Below are positions 46,518-55,989 of a stretch of DNA of 64,000 nucleotides, in pieces. Location: NCBI GenBank assembly GCA_001003605.1, contig LCPL01000003.1:1811-65810 (forward strand). Direction: 5' to 3'. Each line of letters opens with the position of its first letter. The stretch's first letter is position 1. The translations under genes were made by a program, and so were the position numbers. Under the pieces are notes generated by a model. That model did not search any database, was not told the origin of the DNA, and worked only from the letters and a program-made list of their open reading frames with translations. Source of the DNA: Parcubacteria group bacterium GW2011_GWC2_48_17. GTDB lineage: Bacteria; Patescibacteriota; Minisyncoccia; Phycocordibacterales; UBA10002.

Positions 46518-46553
46518 GTGTGCTCCACTTTACCAAAGTAAAGTGGAGCACAC
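46518..46553 (+). repeat. Member of the CTTTAC-NCAA-GTAAAG hairpin family (16-bp stem, loop CAAA)
   Basis: gtgtgctccactttac-caaa-gtaaagtggagcacac. Confidence 0.7.
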
Positions 46554-46591
46554 GCACGAGAGGACACGCGCTTACCAACGAACGAAAACTT

Positions 46592-46858
46592 ATGCACAAA
46601 CACGATTCAAAACATATGTGGTGGATGCTTGCGGGGTGTATCGCGCTCCCGCTCCTCCTGCTTCTCGTTGGAAGTAAAACGGGCTGGGGCGGCAATTGGC
46701 TTCTGTTAGGTTTCGTTGCTCTCTGTGTTGGCTCGCACATCGCGATGATGTTCAAAGGCCGCGGCGGCGGTCATGCTCACGATATGGAGGAGAAAACGGA
46801 TATGGCCAACATGCCTCCAGCAAAAGAAAAAGATACGCGCGGCGGCTGTTGTCATTAA
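46592..46858 (+). CDS. Small His/Cys-rich membrane protein (putative metal-related)
   Basis: MHKHDSKHMWW, then two TM helices, then HAHDMEE...GGCCH at the C-terminus. Confidence 0.45.
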   Translation: MHKHDSKHMWWMLAGCIALPLLLLLVGSKTGWGGNWLLLGFVALCVGSHIAMMFKGRGGGHAHDMEEKTDMANMPPAKEKDTRGGCCH

Positions 46859-46878
46859 AAAAACGGCTCTCAACTACC

Positions 46879-47532
46879 ATGTCTGACACAAGCTCATCAT
46901 ACGGCCTCTGGCCGCTCGCCATTGTCGCCTCTCTGTTTGTCATCGGGATTGTTTGGAGTTTCACCAAGCCGAAAACGAAGCGAGAATGGAGTTCACTCGG
47001 CGCATTTTCAGCCTTCGTGGTCGCGCTCTTCGCTGAAATGTATGGGTTCCCATTAACTATTTACCTGCTCTCCGGCTGGCTTGCTGAAAAGATTCCCGGT
47101 ATTGACCTTCTCGCTCACAATTCCGGCCATCTGTTAGAAGACCTGTTTGGTTGGGGCGGCGACCCGCACTTCGGGCCATTCCATATTATGAGTTACATTC
47201 TCATAGGGTATGGATTTATTTTGCTCGCCGACGCGTGGAAAGTTTTGTACAAAGCCCGGCGTGAACAGACGCTCGCAACAGTTGGTCCTTATAGGCGCAT
47301 CCGCCATCCGCAATATGCCAGTTTTGTTCTCATCATGCTCGGATTCCTGCTCCAATGGCCGACACTTCTTACACTTATTATGTTTCCGGTATTGGTGATT
47401 GTGTATGTTCGGCTTGCGCGGCATGAAGAAAAAGAAGCGAAGGAAGAATTTGGGGAAAGTTGGAATGAATACGCGCGGCACACGCCCGCTTTTATCCCCG
47501 CGTTCACGAAAACAATTACTCATCAAGGATAA
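46879..47532 (+). CDS. Isoprenylcysteine carboxyl methyltransferase (ICMT/PEMT) family membrane protein
   Basis: GPYRRIRHPQYASFVL is the ICMT/PEMT signature. Multi-TM. Confidence 0.65.
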   Translation: MSDTSSSYGLWPLAIVASLFVIGIVWSFTKPKTKREWSSLGAFSAFVVALFAEMYGFPLTIYLLSGWLAEKIPGIDLLAHNSGHLLEDLFGWGGDPHFGPFHIMSYILIGYGFILLADAWKVLYKARREQTLATVGPYRRIRHPQYASFVLIMLGFLLQWPTLLTLIMFPVLVIVYVRLARHEEKEAKEEFGESWNEYARHTPAFIPAFTKTITHQG

Positions 47533-47537
47533 CCGCT

Positions 47538-47735
47538 ATGTTCAATTCATTTTTCACCAAACGGAAAAAGGACTTTTCCGGCACGCCATCCAAAGACCCG
47601 GTATGCGGTATGCAGCCGACCGAAGGCATTACCCTTACTCATGATGGCGTTACCTATTTATTCTGTTCAACTTATTGTATGCAGTTGTTCAAACAAAATC
47701 CCTGGAGTTATATTAAAATACAGGAAAATAATTAA
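47538..47735 (+). CDS. YHS/TRASH-domain metal-binding protein
   Basis: DPVCGM...YLFCSTYC cysteine pattern. Confidence 0.6.
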   Translation: MFNSFFTKRKKDFSGTPSKDPVCGMQPTEGITLTHDGVTYLFCSTYCMQLFKQNPWSYIKIQENN

Positions 47736-47782
47736 ACCCAGCGCTTTGACTGCAGGGTATTCAAGGCGCGGGGTAAACAATT

Positions 47783-48166
47783 ATGGAATTTGACTACACG
47801 ATAACAACGACAAAGACATTTGACGCGGCGGTAGAGAGCGTGCAAGAGCAAATCAGGAAAGCCGGCATGCGCGTTCTCTATGTCCACGATGTGCAAAAGA
47901 CGCTTGGTGAGAAAGGCATTACGAGAGAGCCGTTCAAGATAATTGAGTTTTGCAATGCAAAGTTTGCGAATGAGTTTCTGGATATTGACGTGAAAATCGG
48001 GCTCTGCATGCCGTGCAAGATAAACGTGTATGTCAAAGACGGAGAGATTTTCATTTCTGGTATGCGGCCGATTGTTCTGCCGCAGTTCTTTCCGAACGCC
48101 GTGTTAGGCGAACGAACGAAAGAAATTGACCGCATTGTGTTGCAAATCATTGACGGTGCGAAGTAA
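47783..48166 (+). CDS. DUF302-domain protein
   Basis: Overall similarity to the DUF302 fold (FKIIEFCN...GLCMPCKINVY). Confidence 0.55.
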   Translation: MEFDYTITTTKTFDAAVESVQEQIRKAGMRVLYVHDVQKTLGEKGITREPFKIIEFCNAKFANEFLDIDVKIGLCMPCKINVYVKDGEIFISGMRPIVLPQFFPNAVLGERTKEIDRIVLQIIDGAK

Positions 48167-48241
48167 TCCGCCGCCAATTCATTTAGAAGGGAATTGCGAT
48201 ACGAGTAAAGGTCGAGCATTATCAGATAAGTAAAAAATATC

Positions 48242-48511
48242 ATGCAATTAAATGCTATTAAGTTAGCGAATGCGGCGGCGGTAACGACAGGTATTCTCTA
48301 TGTCGTTTGCACGCTCTTTGTCGCTATCGCTCCACAGTTTAGTATGACGATTCTTGCGGGTGCTATGCACCTTCCGTCCGTCGCAGACGCGCTCGGAGAA
48401 ATGAGTGTAACACTCGGCGGATTCCTTCTTGGCCTTATCCCGCTCGTCATCTTCGGGTATGTCGCCGTGTATCTTGCGGCAACGCTCTACAACCGTTCAG
48501 TCAAAGCGTAG
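48242..48511 (+). CDS. Small membrane protein (DUF5676-like)
   Basis: 89 aa with three predicted TM helices. Confidence 0.45.
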   Translation: MQLNAIKLANAAAVTTGILYVVCTLFVAIAPQFSMTILAGAMHLPSVADALGEMSVTLGGFLLGLIPLVIFGYVAVYLAATLYNRSVKA

Positions 48512-48531
48512 TTATCTCAAACATCTTATTT

Positions 48532-48559
48532 GCTCCTCTTTACTCAAGTAAAGAGGAGC
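48532..48559 (+). repeat. Member of the CTTTAC-NCAA-GTAAAG hairpin family (loop TCAA)
   Basis: gctcctctttac-tcaa-gtaaagaggagc. Confidence 0.7.
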
Positions 48560-48748
48560 GGGGGAAAGTGTCGCATTGCCATTTCATAGATACCAATCCG
48601 CCCATGATACGAATCTGCGAATACCTACGAATGGGAACACCCTGCGCAGGGTTATTCGGTGCGGCCATGCACGGGTCTGACCTACCTGCGCCACGGACGA
48701 CGCGGCAGGCAGGCGCCCCTGCGGTGTCGCTCTTAAACTTTACTTTTT

Positions 48749-49573
48749 ATGACATCCACAGTGCCGCAATTTCACGCCGAACGGGTGAAGACGCACAAAA
48801 AAGCGGCTCTCATCGGTGTTTTGCTCTGGCCGATTGCCGCATCGTTTCTCTCGTTTCTTTTTAACGCGGGCGTTCTGCTCTCCACCGCGCTTTTTTTCGG
48901 CGTTCCCGCTCTTTATCTTTCATACCGGTGTAAAAAGCATATTGCGAAGGCCGCTCTTTTTTCTCTGCTCGTTACCGTCCCTGTCGCCACGATTGTGGAC
49001 TACATCATGGAGCATACGCGCGGCTGGCGGCTGCCTTCGTCGGTTTTCGGCAGTTTTCGACTCTTTGGGTATGTTACGATTGAGCAGTACATCTGGCTGT
49101 TCCTGTATGTTTATCTCGTAGTTATGTTCTATGAAGCGTTTTTGGAATCGCCGCATAGGGCAGGCGACCGAAGACACCCTCGCCTCAAGTGGCTATTTAT
49201 CGCGCTCGCCGCGCCGCTCGGTGTATTTCTCGCCGTGCTTGCGGTAAATCATTCTCTGCTTGCGATTGATTATTTTTATCTCAAGTTCGGCGTTCTCATG
49301 ATTGCCGCCCCGGTTATTTTTTTGGTTTTTCGCCTGCCCGCGCTTCTCGGGCGAATCCTCAAGGCCGGCGCGTATTTTTTCTTTCTCTCGCTCATCTATG
49401 AAGTAACGGCGCTCGCGCTTCGCCAGTGGGAGTTTCCCGCAGAGAACCAGTTTATCGGTATGATTAGCGTTTTTGGGATGCGGTTTCCATTTGAAGAGTT
49501 CTTTTTCTGGATTCTTCTCGGTGCTGTCGCGGCGCTCGCGTATTATGAATTTTTTGACGATGACAGGCAATGA
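48749..49573 (+). CDS. Polytopic membrane protein (lycopene-cyclase-domain-like)
   Basis: 274 aa with about 8 TM helices. Confidence 0.45.
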   Translation: MTSTVPQFHAERVKTHKKAALIGVLLWPIAASFLSFLFNAGVLLSTALFFGVPALYLSYRCKKHIAKAALFSLLVTVPVATIVDYIMEHTRGWRLPSSVFGSFRLFGYVTIEQYIWLFLYVYLVVMFYEAFLESPHRAGDRRHPRLKWLFIALAAPLGVFLAVLAVNHSLLAIDYFYLKFGVLMIAAPVIFLVFRLPALLGRILKAGAYFFFLSLIYEVTALALRQWEFPAENQFIGMISVFGMRFPFEEFFFWILLGAVAALAYYEFFDDDRQ

Positions 49574-49605
49574 TGGCTGGCTCGCATGCAGGCATTTGAC
49601 ACTCT

Positions 49606-49622
49606 ATACCCCCTAGGGGTAT
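49606..49622. promoter_or_regulatory. 17-bp perfect palindrome ATACCCCCTAGGGGTAT, second putative CsoR operator
   Basis: Differs from the box at 45751 only at the central base. Lies 10 nt upstream of the P-type ATPase ATG. Confidence 0.6.
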
Positions 49623-49631
49623 CATACCGTT

Positions 49632-51893
49632 ATGACGCATAAACACGATTGTTGCCATGATATAAAGCCGCAGGCAAACGCCATCCCCCTTATTCCCCCC
49701 TCTCAAGAGGGGGGAAGTGAGGAAAGGAGTGTGGTGTATTCATGTCCTATGCATCCGGAGGTCGTAAGCAACCGGCCCGGACTATGCCCCGAATGCGGAA
49801 TGACGTTATTGCCGGCTAAAAGTGAAAAGTTACCTGCCCGCCTAAGCATCGGCGCAGGCGGGAAAGTTAAAAATTCGCATGAAGAACATGCGAGTCATTT
49901 TGATAAGCACAAAGGACACAACGTCAATATTTTCAAGCGGAAGTTTTGGGTGTCGCTCGTACTGACTATTCCGATAGTGCTGTATTCAGAAGTAGCGGAG
50001 AAGATGGGAATTGCACTCCCGCCCTTTACCACAGTGGAGTGGCTTGCGCCGATTCTCGGTTCAATCGTCTTTTTCTACGGCGGATGGGTGTTTCTCATAG
50101 GTGCCTACCGCGAGCTCCGGGCACGGCTTCCCGGTATGATGACGCTTATCGCGCTTGCGATTTCTGCCGCCTATGCATACAGCGTGTTTGTAGTTACTCG
50201 CGGAGGCGAAGAAACCCTCTTCTGGGAACTCTCCTCTCTCGTTACCATCATGCTCCTCGGGCACTGGATTGAGATGCGCGCGGTCAGCGGCGCTCAAGGC
50301 GCTCTACGCGAATTATCAAAATTGCTTCCTGATACGGCAGAAGTGATAATTCGCAATACCGAATCTCAAATATCGAATATCGAAAAAGAAGAAACGAAAA
50401 AAGTTCCAATAGAAGAATTGAAAGTCGGAGACTGGGTTTTGGTAAAACCGGGGGCGAAGATTCCCGCGGACGGAAAAATCATCTCGGGACATTCTGACCT
50501 TAACGAATCGCTCCTAACGGGAGAATCAAAGCCGGTACACAAAAAAGAAAATGATGAGGTTATTGCCGGAGCCATTAACGGCGACGGGGCGCTTATAGTT
50601 GTGGTGCTGAAAATTGGGGAGGAAACTTTCCTCTCAGGAATTAAACGCCTCGTTGCCGAGGCGCAAGCGTCGAAGTCTCGTCTGCAAATGCTCGCGGACC
50701 GCGCGGCGCTCCTCCTTACGGTTATCGCCGTTGTTGCAGGTGCGCTTACGCTTGGCACATGGCTCTTTCTCGGCGCGGGCATTGTTTTTGCGATGTCGCG
50801 TCTTGTCGCGGTACTCGTCGTCGCATGTCCACATGCGCTTGGACTCGCGATTCCGCTTGTCGCGTCCATTTCGACCACAAAAGGCGCGCAGAATGGCGTT
50901 TTGGTAAAACAGCGGCTCGCGCTTGAAACAGCTCGCCACATTGACATCGTTCTCTTCGACAAGACCGGCACGCTGACGAAAGGTGAATACGGCATTACCG
51001 ATGTTTTGCCGGTTGAAGGAACGGTTGAAGAGATAATTTCACGCGCGGCTTCGGTGGAATACTATTCCGAACATCCGATTGCGCACGCGATTGTCCGAGA
51101 AGCGAAACAGCAGGGGCTTCGGCCGGTAGCGGCAAGCAAGTTTGAGCGAATCCCCGGCAAGGGAGCGAAAGCGCTTATGGATGGCATGATGGTCAAGGTC
51201 GGTAGCTACGAACTTTTGAAAGACGAGGGGCTAGCGGTTCCGGTGTCGGCAAGAGAAAAAGCCACGGCGCTTGCGAAAGAAGGCAAGACAATTATCTTTG
51301 TACTCTCCGGCAGGGTTCTTTCTGGCGCGCTAGCACTTGCCGATATCATACGACCGGAATCAAAGGAGGCGATTCACTCTCTTAAAGAGATGGGAGTACG
51401 GATTGCAATGATTACCGGAGATTCTGAAGAAGTGGGGAAGTGGGTGGCGCGGGAACTCAAGCTTGATGAGTATTTCGCGCGGGTGCTTCCAGAAGAAAAA
51501 TCAGCAAAAGTGAAGCTTCTCCAACAAAAAGGCAAAAAAGTAGCGATGGTCGGCGACGGCGTCAATGACGCGCCCGCGCTCACGCAAGCAGACCTAGGAA
51601 TTGCCATCGGCGCGGGCACGAATGTCGCCATAGAGTCGGCGGGCATCATTCTCGTGAAAAGCGACCCGCGAGATATCGTAAAAATTATCCGACTTTCTCG
51701 GCTCACATATCGCAAGATGATACAGAATCTCTGGTGGGCGGCGGGGTACAACATTATCGCGATTCCGCTTGCCGCCGGCGTCCTCGCCTCATGGGGTATC
51801 TTTCTTGAACCGGCCGTCGCGGCCATCCTTATGTCAGTTTCGACGGTCATCGTCGCGGGGAACGCCGTATTGCTTAGAAGACAAGAAATCTGA
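49632..51893 (+). CDS. Heavy-metal (copper) translocating P1B-type ATPase with an N-terminal Cys-rich metal-binding domain
   Basis: N-terminal CPMHP...CPECGM, TM CPH motif (VVACPHALGLA), phosphorylation site DKTGTLT, hinge GDGVNDAPAL. Confidence 0.85.
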   Translation: MTHKHDCCHDIKPQANAIPLIPPSQEGGSEERSVVYSCPMHPEVVSNRPGLCPECGMTLLPAKSEKLPARLSIGAGGKVKNSHEEHASHFDKHKGHNVNIFKRKFWVSLVLTIPIVLYSEVAEKMGIALPPFTTVEWLAPILGSIVFFYGGWVFLIGAYRELRARLPGMMTLIALAISAAYAYSVFVVTRGGEETLFWELSSLVTIMLLGHWIEMRAVSGAQGALRELSKLLPDTAEVIIRNTESQISNIEKEETKKVPIEELKVGDWVLVKPGAKIPADGKIISGHSDLNESLLTGESKPVHKKENDEVIAGAINGDGALIVVVLKIGEETFLSGIKRLVAEAQASKSRLQMLADRAALLLTVIAVVAGALTLGTWLFLGAGIVFAMSRLVAVLVVACPHALGLAIPLVASISTTKGAQNGVLVKQRLALETARHIDIVLFDKTGTLTKGEYGITDVLPVEGTVEEIISRAASVEYYSEHPIAHAIVREAKQQGLRPVAASKFERIPGKGAKALMDGMMVKVGSYELLKDEGLAVPVSAREKATALAKEGKTIIFVLSGRVLSGALALADIIRPESKEAIHSLKEMGVRIAMITGDSEEVGKWVARELKLDEYFARVLPEEKSAKVKLLQQKGKKVAMVGDGVNDAPALTQADLGIAIGAGTNVAIESAGIILVKSDPRDIVKIIRLSRLTYRKMIQNLWWAAGYNIIAIPLAAGVLASWGIFLEPAVAAILMSVSTVIVAGNAVLLRRQEI

Positions 51894-51913
51894 AGTATGC
51901 TAGTATCAAAACA

Positions 51914-52315
51914 ATGAAAACACTTTCCCTCGTCATCCTCGCAGGTTTTATCGCCCTTTCCCTTTTTGGATTTTTGGGCATGCTTGAATCGTCCGATATG
52001 TCGCATACGCCGAATAAGTGCCTCGCCTCGCTCGCGCAAAACGGCGCTTGTCCGCCGTCGGAGAATACCGTTGCGTCGGCCCTCTTCCACACTAACGCGT
52101 ACAAGGTATTTTCGACGACTTTGCTTTCTGCCATGGCCGTGCTTATGGCCTTTGCGTTTATATGCGCCGGGTTCGGCTTTTCTTTGCATGCGATGATTCA
52201 TGGGGGTGGCAACGCGCTTATTCGTAGAATTGACGGCACTATTTCGCGGTATCTCGCCTTGCAAAAACTTAAACTCGCTTTAGTACGTTTCGAACACAGC
52301 CCCACCTCTCTTTAA
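51914..52315 (+). CDS. Hypothetical membrane protein
   Basis: 133 aa with two TM segments and a conserved CPPSEN. Lies directly downstream of the ATPase. Confidence 0.4.
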   Translation: MKTLSLVILAGFIALSLFGFLGMLESSDMSHTPNKCLASLAQNGACPPSENTVASALFHTNAYKVFSTTLLSAMAVLMAFAFICAGFGFSLHAMIHGGGNALIRRIDGTISRYLALQKLKLALVRFEHSPTSL

Positions 52316-52424
52316 GCGGCAAACTGCGCGCGTCGTCGAAACGCGCCATTTGTGCCGCTTGCGCCTGCCTGACGGCAGGTACTCTTACTCAAGAGTGTTT
52401 TTGCTTATCTAATTCATTTTCTTC

Positions 52425-52931
52425 ATGAAAAAAGGACTTATAGCAGGCGTCATAGTTATCGGTTTCATAGCGCTCCTCTTCTTTGCTGGAAGCGCAACCT
52501 CAAAGAAAACATCTTCAACAACTCAAAATGGGGCCGCAGTTTCAAGCGCATTTACCGCGTCGGAAACCTTCTTTGATTTCGGCACCATCTCAATGAAAAA
52601 CGGCAAAGTGAGCCGGATGTTCTCCGTTGCTAATGGAGGCGCCGCGCCGCAGACCATCAAACGAATCAGCACCTCCTGCATGTGCACCGAGGCATTCCTT
52701 GTCGGGCAAGATAACAGTAAAAGAGGACCGTTCGGGATGCCGGGTCACGGCGGATTCGCGCCGGACATTAACGAGGTTGTGCCGCCGCAAGAAAATCGCG
52801 GCATTGAAGTCGTCTTTGACCCTGGGGCGCACGGTCCTGCTGGCGTCGGGAAAATAGAGCGCGCCGTGTTTGTTGAAGACGGAAGCGGCGGTACGCAAGT
52901 GATTACCATTAAAGCGCTCGTAACGCCCTAG
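52425..52931 (+). CDS. DUF1573-like membrane-anchored protein
   Basis: N-terminal TM anchor followed by a beta-rich domain with a CMCTEAF motif. Confidence 0.45.
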   Translation: MKKGLIAGVIVIGFIALLFFAGSATSKKTSSTTQNGAAVSSAFTASETFFDFGTISMKNGKVSRMFSVANGGAAPQTIKRISTSCMCTEAFLVGQDNSKRGPFGMPGHGGFAPDINEVVPPQENRGIEVVFDPGAHGPAGVGKIERAVFVEDGSGGTQVITIKALVTP

Positions 52932-52968
52932 CGAGAAGCGTTAAGCGTGTAGCGTTTCGCGGTTAGCA

Positions 52969-53763
52969 ATGAAAACTATGTCTAAAAAATTATCCATTCT
53001 GCTCGGTGTTGTTATCGTGTTGGTGGGAGGGTTGTTCCTCCTAAAGTATTCATCGTGGGGCGCCTCGCTTGTCTGGAGCGCGAGCGGAGGCGGCGTCTGG
53101 CTCTTGCCGCTCGTTATAGTTTCGGCTCTCCTTGATAGCGTGAACCCGTGCGCGTTCTCGGTGCTTCTCATTACGATTGCATTTCTCTTCAGTTTGGGGA
53201 AGCCGCGAAACGAGGTGCTTAAACTCGGGGCGAGTTACATCGGGGGATTATTCCTTGCGTATCTGCTTATCGGTCTCGGTCTCTTACAAGCGCTCCACAT
53301 CTTCGGCGTGCCGCATTTCATGGGACGGCTCGGAGCGGTCATTGTCATCGCGTTTGGCGCTCTCCAGCTTTTGAGTTACTTCTTCCCGCAGATTAACTGG
53401 CTTCCCGGAATCCCCGCAAGCGTACACGCAAAAATGGGCAAACTCTTGGAGCGTGTTTCGTTATCGGCGGTCTTTCTCGTCGGAGTTCTTGTCGCACTCT
53501 GCGAATTTCCCTGCACAGGAGGACCATACTTAATGGTTCTTGGACTCCTGCACGATAGTCAAACCTACCTTTCCGGATTCGGCTATCTTATCTTCTACAA
53601 TCTCCTGTTCATACTTCCGCTTGTCGTTATTCTGCTCGTTGCCTCGCACAAGGAACTTCTTGAGAAAGTAAATGCGTGGCGTAAAGACGAGACGAAAAAA
53701 ATGAAAGTATGGCTCGGCCTCGCAATGGTCGCGCTCGGGATTATCATTTTATTCTTTGTATGA
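52969..53763 (+). CDS. ccdA: Cytochrome c biogenesis / thiol-disulfide transporter CcdA (DsbD TM domain family)
   Basis: NPCAF and FPCTGGPY cysteine motifs in a 6-TM protein. Confidence 0.75.
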   Translation: MKTMSKKLSILLGVVIVLVGGLFLLKYSSWGASLVWSASGGGVWLLPLVIVSALLDSVNPCAFSVLLITIAFLFSLGKPRNEVLKLGASYIGGLFLAYLLIGLGLLQALHIFGVPHFMGRLGAVIVIAFGALQLLSYFFPQINWLPGIPASVHAKMGKLLERVSLSAVFLVGVLVALCEFPCTGGPYLMVLGLLHDSQTYLSGFGYLIFYNLLFILPLVVILLVASHKELLEKVNAWRKDETKKMKVWLGLAMVALGIIILFFV

Positions 53764-53832
53764 TATGCCGCGCCGCGTGGATGCGGCGCGGCATAGCGAC
53801 ACTGCGAATGTCGCTCATGCGAATAAATCACA

Positions 53833-54342
53833 ATGGATATTGACGAGAAGAAAATCAATGAATTCTTGAAAAAAGTAGAAAAGATCAAAACATCCGGCGG
53901 CGTTGACCTCTCTGCCGCCGAAGACCTCTCCATCGCGGTCATGAATCTCATTTCCCTTGAAGAGCATTTCTTCTTCACTGGGGCAAAGACCAAAGACGGC
54001 TCGTACTACGACCTATCTGGCGAAGTCCGCGAAATGCGCAAACGACTGATGGAAGGACTTGTAGAGAAGCACGAAGGCGAAACATGGTGCGCCACGAAGC
54101 ACCTCCTCTCTAGCGCGATGCGGCTCATTGAGGTTGGCAATCGCTACAACGCGGAGGGCGATAAGGGAAAGGCAAAACAGTTCTTCACTGACGCGTACCG
54201 TCTGTACACAATTTTCTGGTCGCTCAAAACAAAGCTCGTATCGGCGCATGCGCTTCATGGTGCAGCACAAAACGCAGTGGAGAAGGGATGGTCGCTTGAA
54301 ACGCTAGTTGAGAAATTAGCGGATTGCTGTGATGAGAAATGA
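53833..54342 (+). CDS. Hypothetical protein
   Basis: 169-aa soluble helical protein. No motif recognised. Confidence 0.4.
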   Translation: MDIDEKKINEFLKKVEKIKTSGGVDLSAAEDLSIAVMNLISLEEHFFFTGAKTKDGSYYDLSGEVREMRKRLMEGLVEKHEGETWCATKHLLSSAMRLIEVGNRYNAEGDKGKAKQFFTDAYRLYTIFWSLKTKLVSAHALHGAAQNAVEKGWSLETLVEKLADCCDEK

Positions 54343-54359
54343 AAAAATAAAAAAGCAAA

Positions 54360-54746
54360 ATGCAAAATTACATATCAAAATCAAAAATTATCCCCGTCAT
54401 CATTCTTACCATTTTGATTTTTGTAGTTTCTATTTTCATTTTTCGCCCGTCGGGAAACGAAGAAAAAGCGGAGACACTAGGTAGTTTTGCTCGATGTCTT
54501 ACCGATAAGGGCTGGACAATGTACGGTGCGTACTGGTGTCCGCACTGCCAGAATGAAAAGGCCGCATTCGGCGATTCGTTCCGGTACGTGACATACATTG
54601 AATGCACGAAGGAGCCGAATCGATGCGTCGCCGCGAAGATAGACGGTTACCCGACATGGATAACAAACGACGGCAGGCGATTTGAGGGCGAACAAGGGAT
54701 TTCGAAGTTGTCAAAAATGAGCGGGTGTACATTAGTTACAAACTAG
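54360..54746 (+). CDS. Membrane-anchored thioredoxin-fold protein (CPHC active site)
   Basis: N-terminal TM helix plus WCPHC, the likely redox partner of CcdA. Confidence 0.65.
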   Translation: MQNYISKSKIIPVIILTILIFVVSIFIFRPSGNEEKAETLGSFARCLTDKGWTMYGAYWCPHCQNEKAAFGDSFRYVTYIECTKEPNRCVAAKIDGYPTWITNDGRRFEGEQGISKLSKMSGCTLVTN

Positions 54747-54749
54747 ACA

Positions 54750-54900
54750 AAGCACAATAACAGGAAAACACAAAACACAATACCCAAAAATCCAAACAAA
54801 GAAACAAACATTTCAAAGCACAGTACACAAAAAACCAAACAGGGAAACGAGTTTGTGTTTTGAGAAGTTTGAGGTTTTGTTTGGATATTGGATAGTTTGT
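54750..54900 (+). repeat. CA-rich/GT-rich hairpin element
   Basis: caaaacacaatacccaaaaatccaaacaaag ... ccaaacagggaaacgagtttgtgttttgag. The core aacagggaaaygagtttgtg is shared with the 46.1-kb copy. Confidence 0.8.
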
Positions 54901-54939
54901 GTTTTGGTACGTTTTCTTAACTTTGTGTCTTCAATACCT

Positions 54940-55902
54940 ATGGAAGAAAAATCAAACGAAGTGAAAAATCTTCTGCCTGGAAGCATCTTCATCTCATCTA
55001 TTATTCTTGCAAGCGCATGGATCTATAAAGCGGAGTCAAAAACCAGAATCGAACCGGAAAAAAACAGACCGGAACACACCGAAAAAAGTACATCGTCTGT
55101 CCTTGAAGAAGCAGTGCTTCCATCCGGTGGAGTCATATTACCGGTTACATGGGGGAATCTTGGCTCGCGACTTGCAAGCGTTGGGGCGATAGACGCGGAG
55201 AAGCTTGAAGCTCTTTATGTGGAAAGAGGTGAGTTTACAGAAGAATATCGCGCTCTGCTTCTCGAACAAAGCCGTGGCAGGCTGAAAATGACGGAGGAAA
55301 ATTCAGGATATCTATTGAATCTATTTTGGGCGCTCGGCCTCGCAAGCAAAAACCCCATTCTGGATTCCGGCGAGATGAAAGACTCGCGCTATGGCGGAGC
55401 GGAGAACTTCGCCTCAACCGCTGGTTGGACTATTGCCAAAGGAAATCCGATGGAACACTTCAGCAGGCACAAATTTTTCAATCTGACACCAAGTCAGCAG
55501 GAACTTGTTGAAAAAGTGTCAAGGGGAATATACCGCCCGTGTTGTGGAAACTCAACGCATTTCCCTGATTGCAATCATGGAATGGCGATGCTCGGGCTTC
55601 TTGAGCTCATGGCCTCGCAAGGGGTCGGCGAAGAGGAGATGTGGAAGGCCGCTCTTGCCGTGAACTCGTACTGGTTTCCTGATACCTATCTTACGATAGC
55701 GGCGTACATGAAAAACAAAGGCGTTGAATGGCAAAATGTAGAGCCGCGGGAAATGCTTGGAGCAAAATACTCCAGCGCGCAAGGATACGCGAAAGTCGCA
55801 TCACAGGTTGTCGCGCCACGTGGACAAAGCGGCGGAAGCGGATGCGGCGTGGAGAGTGGAGGCGCGGCTCCAGCGCAGAAACAGAGCGGGTGCGGGATAT
55901 AA
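54940..55902 (+). CDS. Hypothetical membrane-anchored protein with a Cys-rich motif (RPCCGNSTHFPDCNHG)
   Basis: Start at MEEKSNEV. One TM helix, then a soluble domain. Confidence 0.45.
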   Translation: MEEKSNEVKNLLPGSIFISSIILASAWIYKAESKTRIEPEKNRPEHTEKSTSSVLEEAVLPSGGVILPVTWGNLGSRLASVGAIDAEKLEALYVERGEFTEEYRALLLEQSRGRLKMTEENSGYLLNLFWALGLASKNPILDSGEMKDSRYGGAENFASTAGWTIAKGNPMEHFSRHKFFNLTPSQQELVEKVSRGIYRPCCGNSTHFPDCNHGMAMLGLLELMASQGVGEEEMWKAALAVNSYWFPDTYLTIAAYMKNKGVEWQNVEPREMLGAKYSSAQGYAKVASQVVAPRGQSGGSGCGVESGGAAPAQKQSGCGI

Positions 55903-55989
55903 GGCGACGAACAAAGGTGGATGAATCCCTTCACTTGGCGTGTTATCATATGAGCAAAAGTGTCTCTATTATTAGTAGGTGATTATAAT

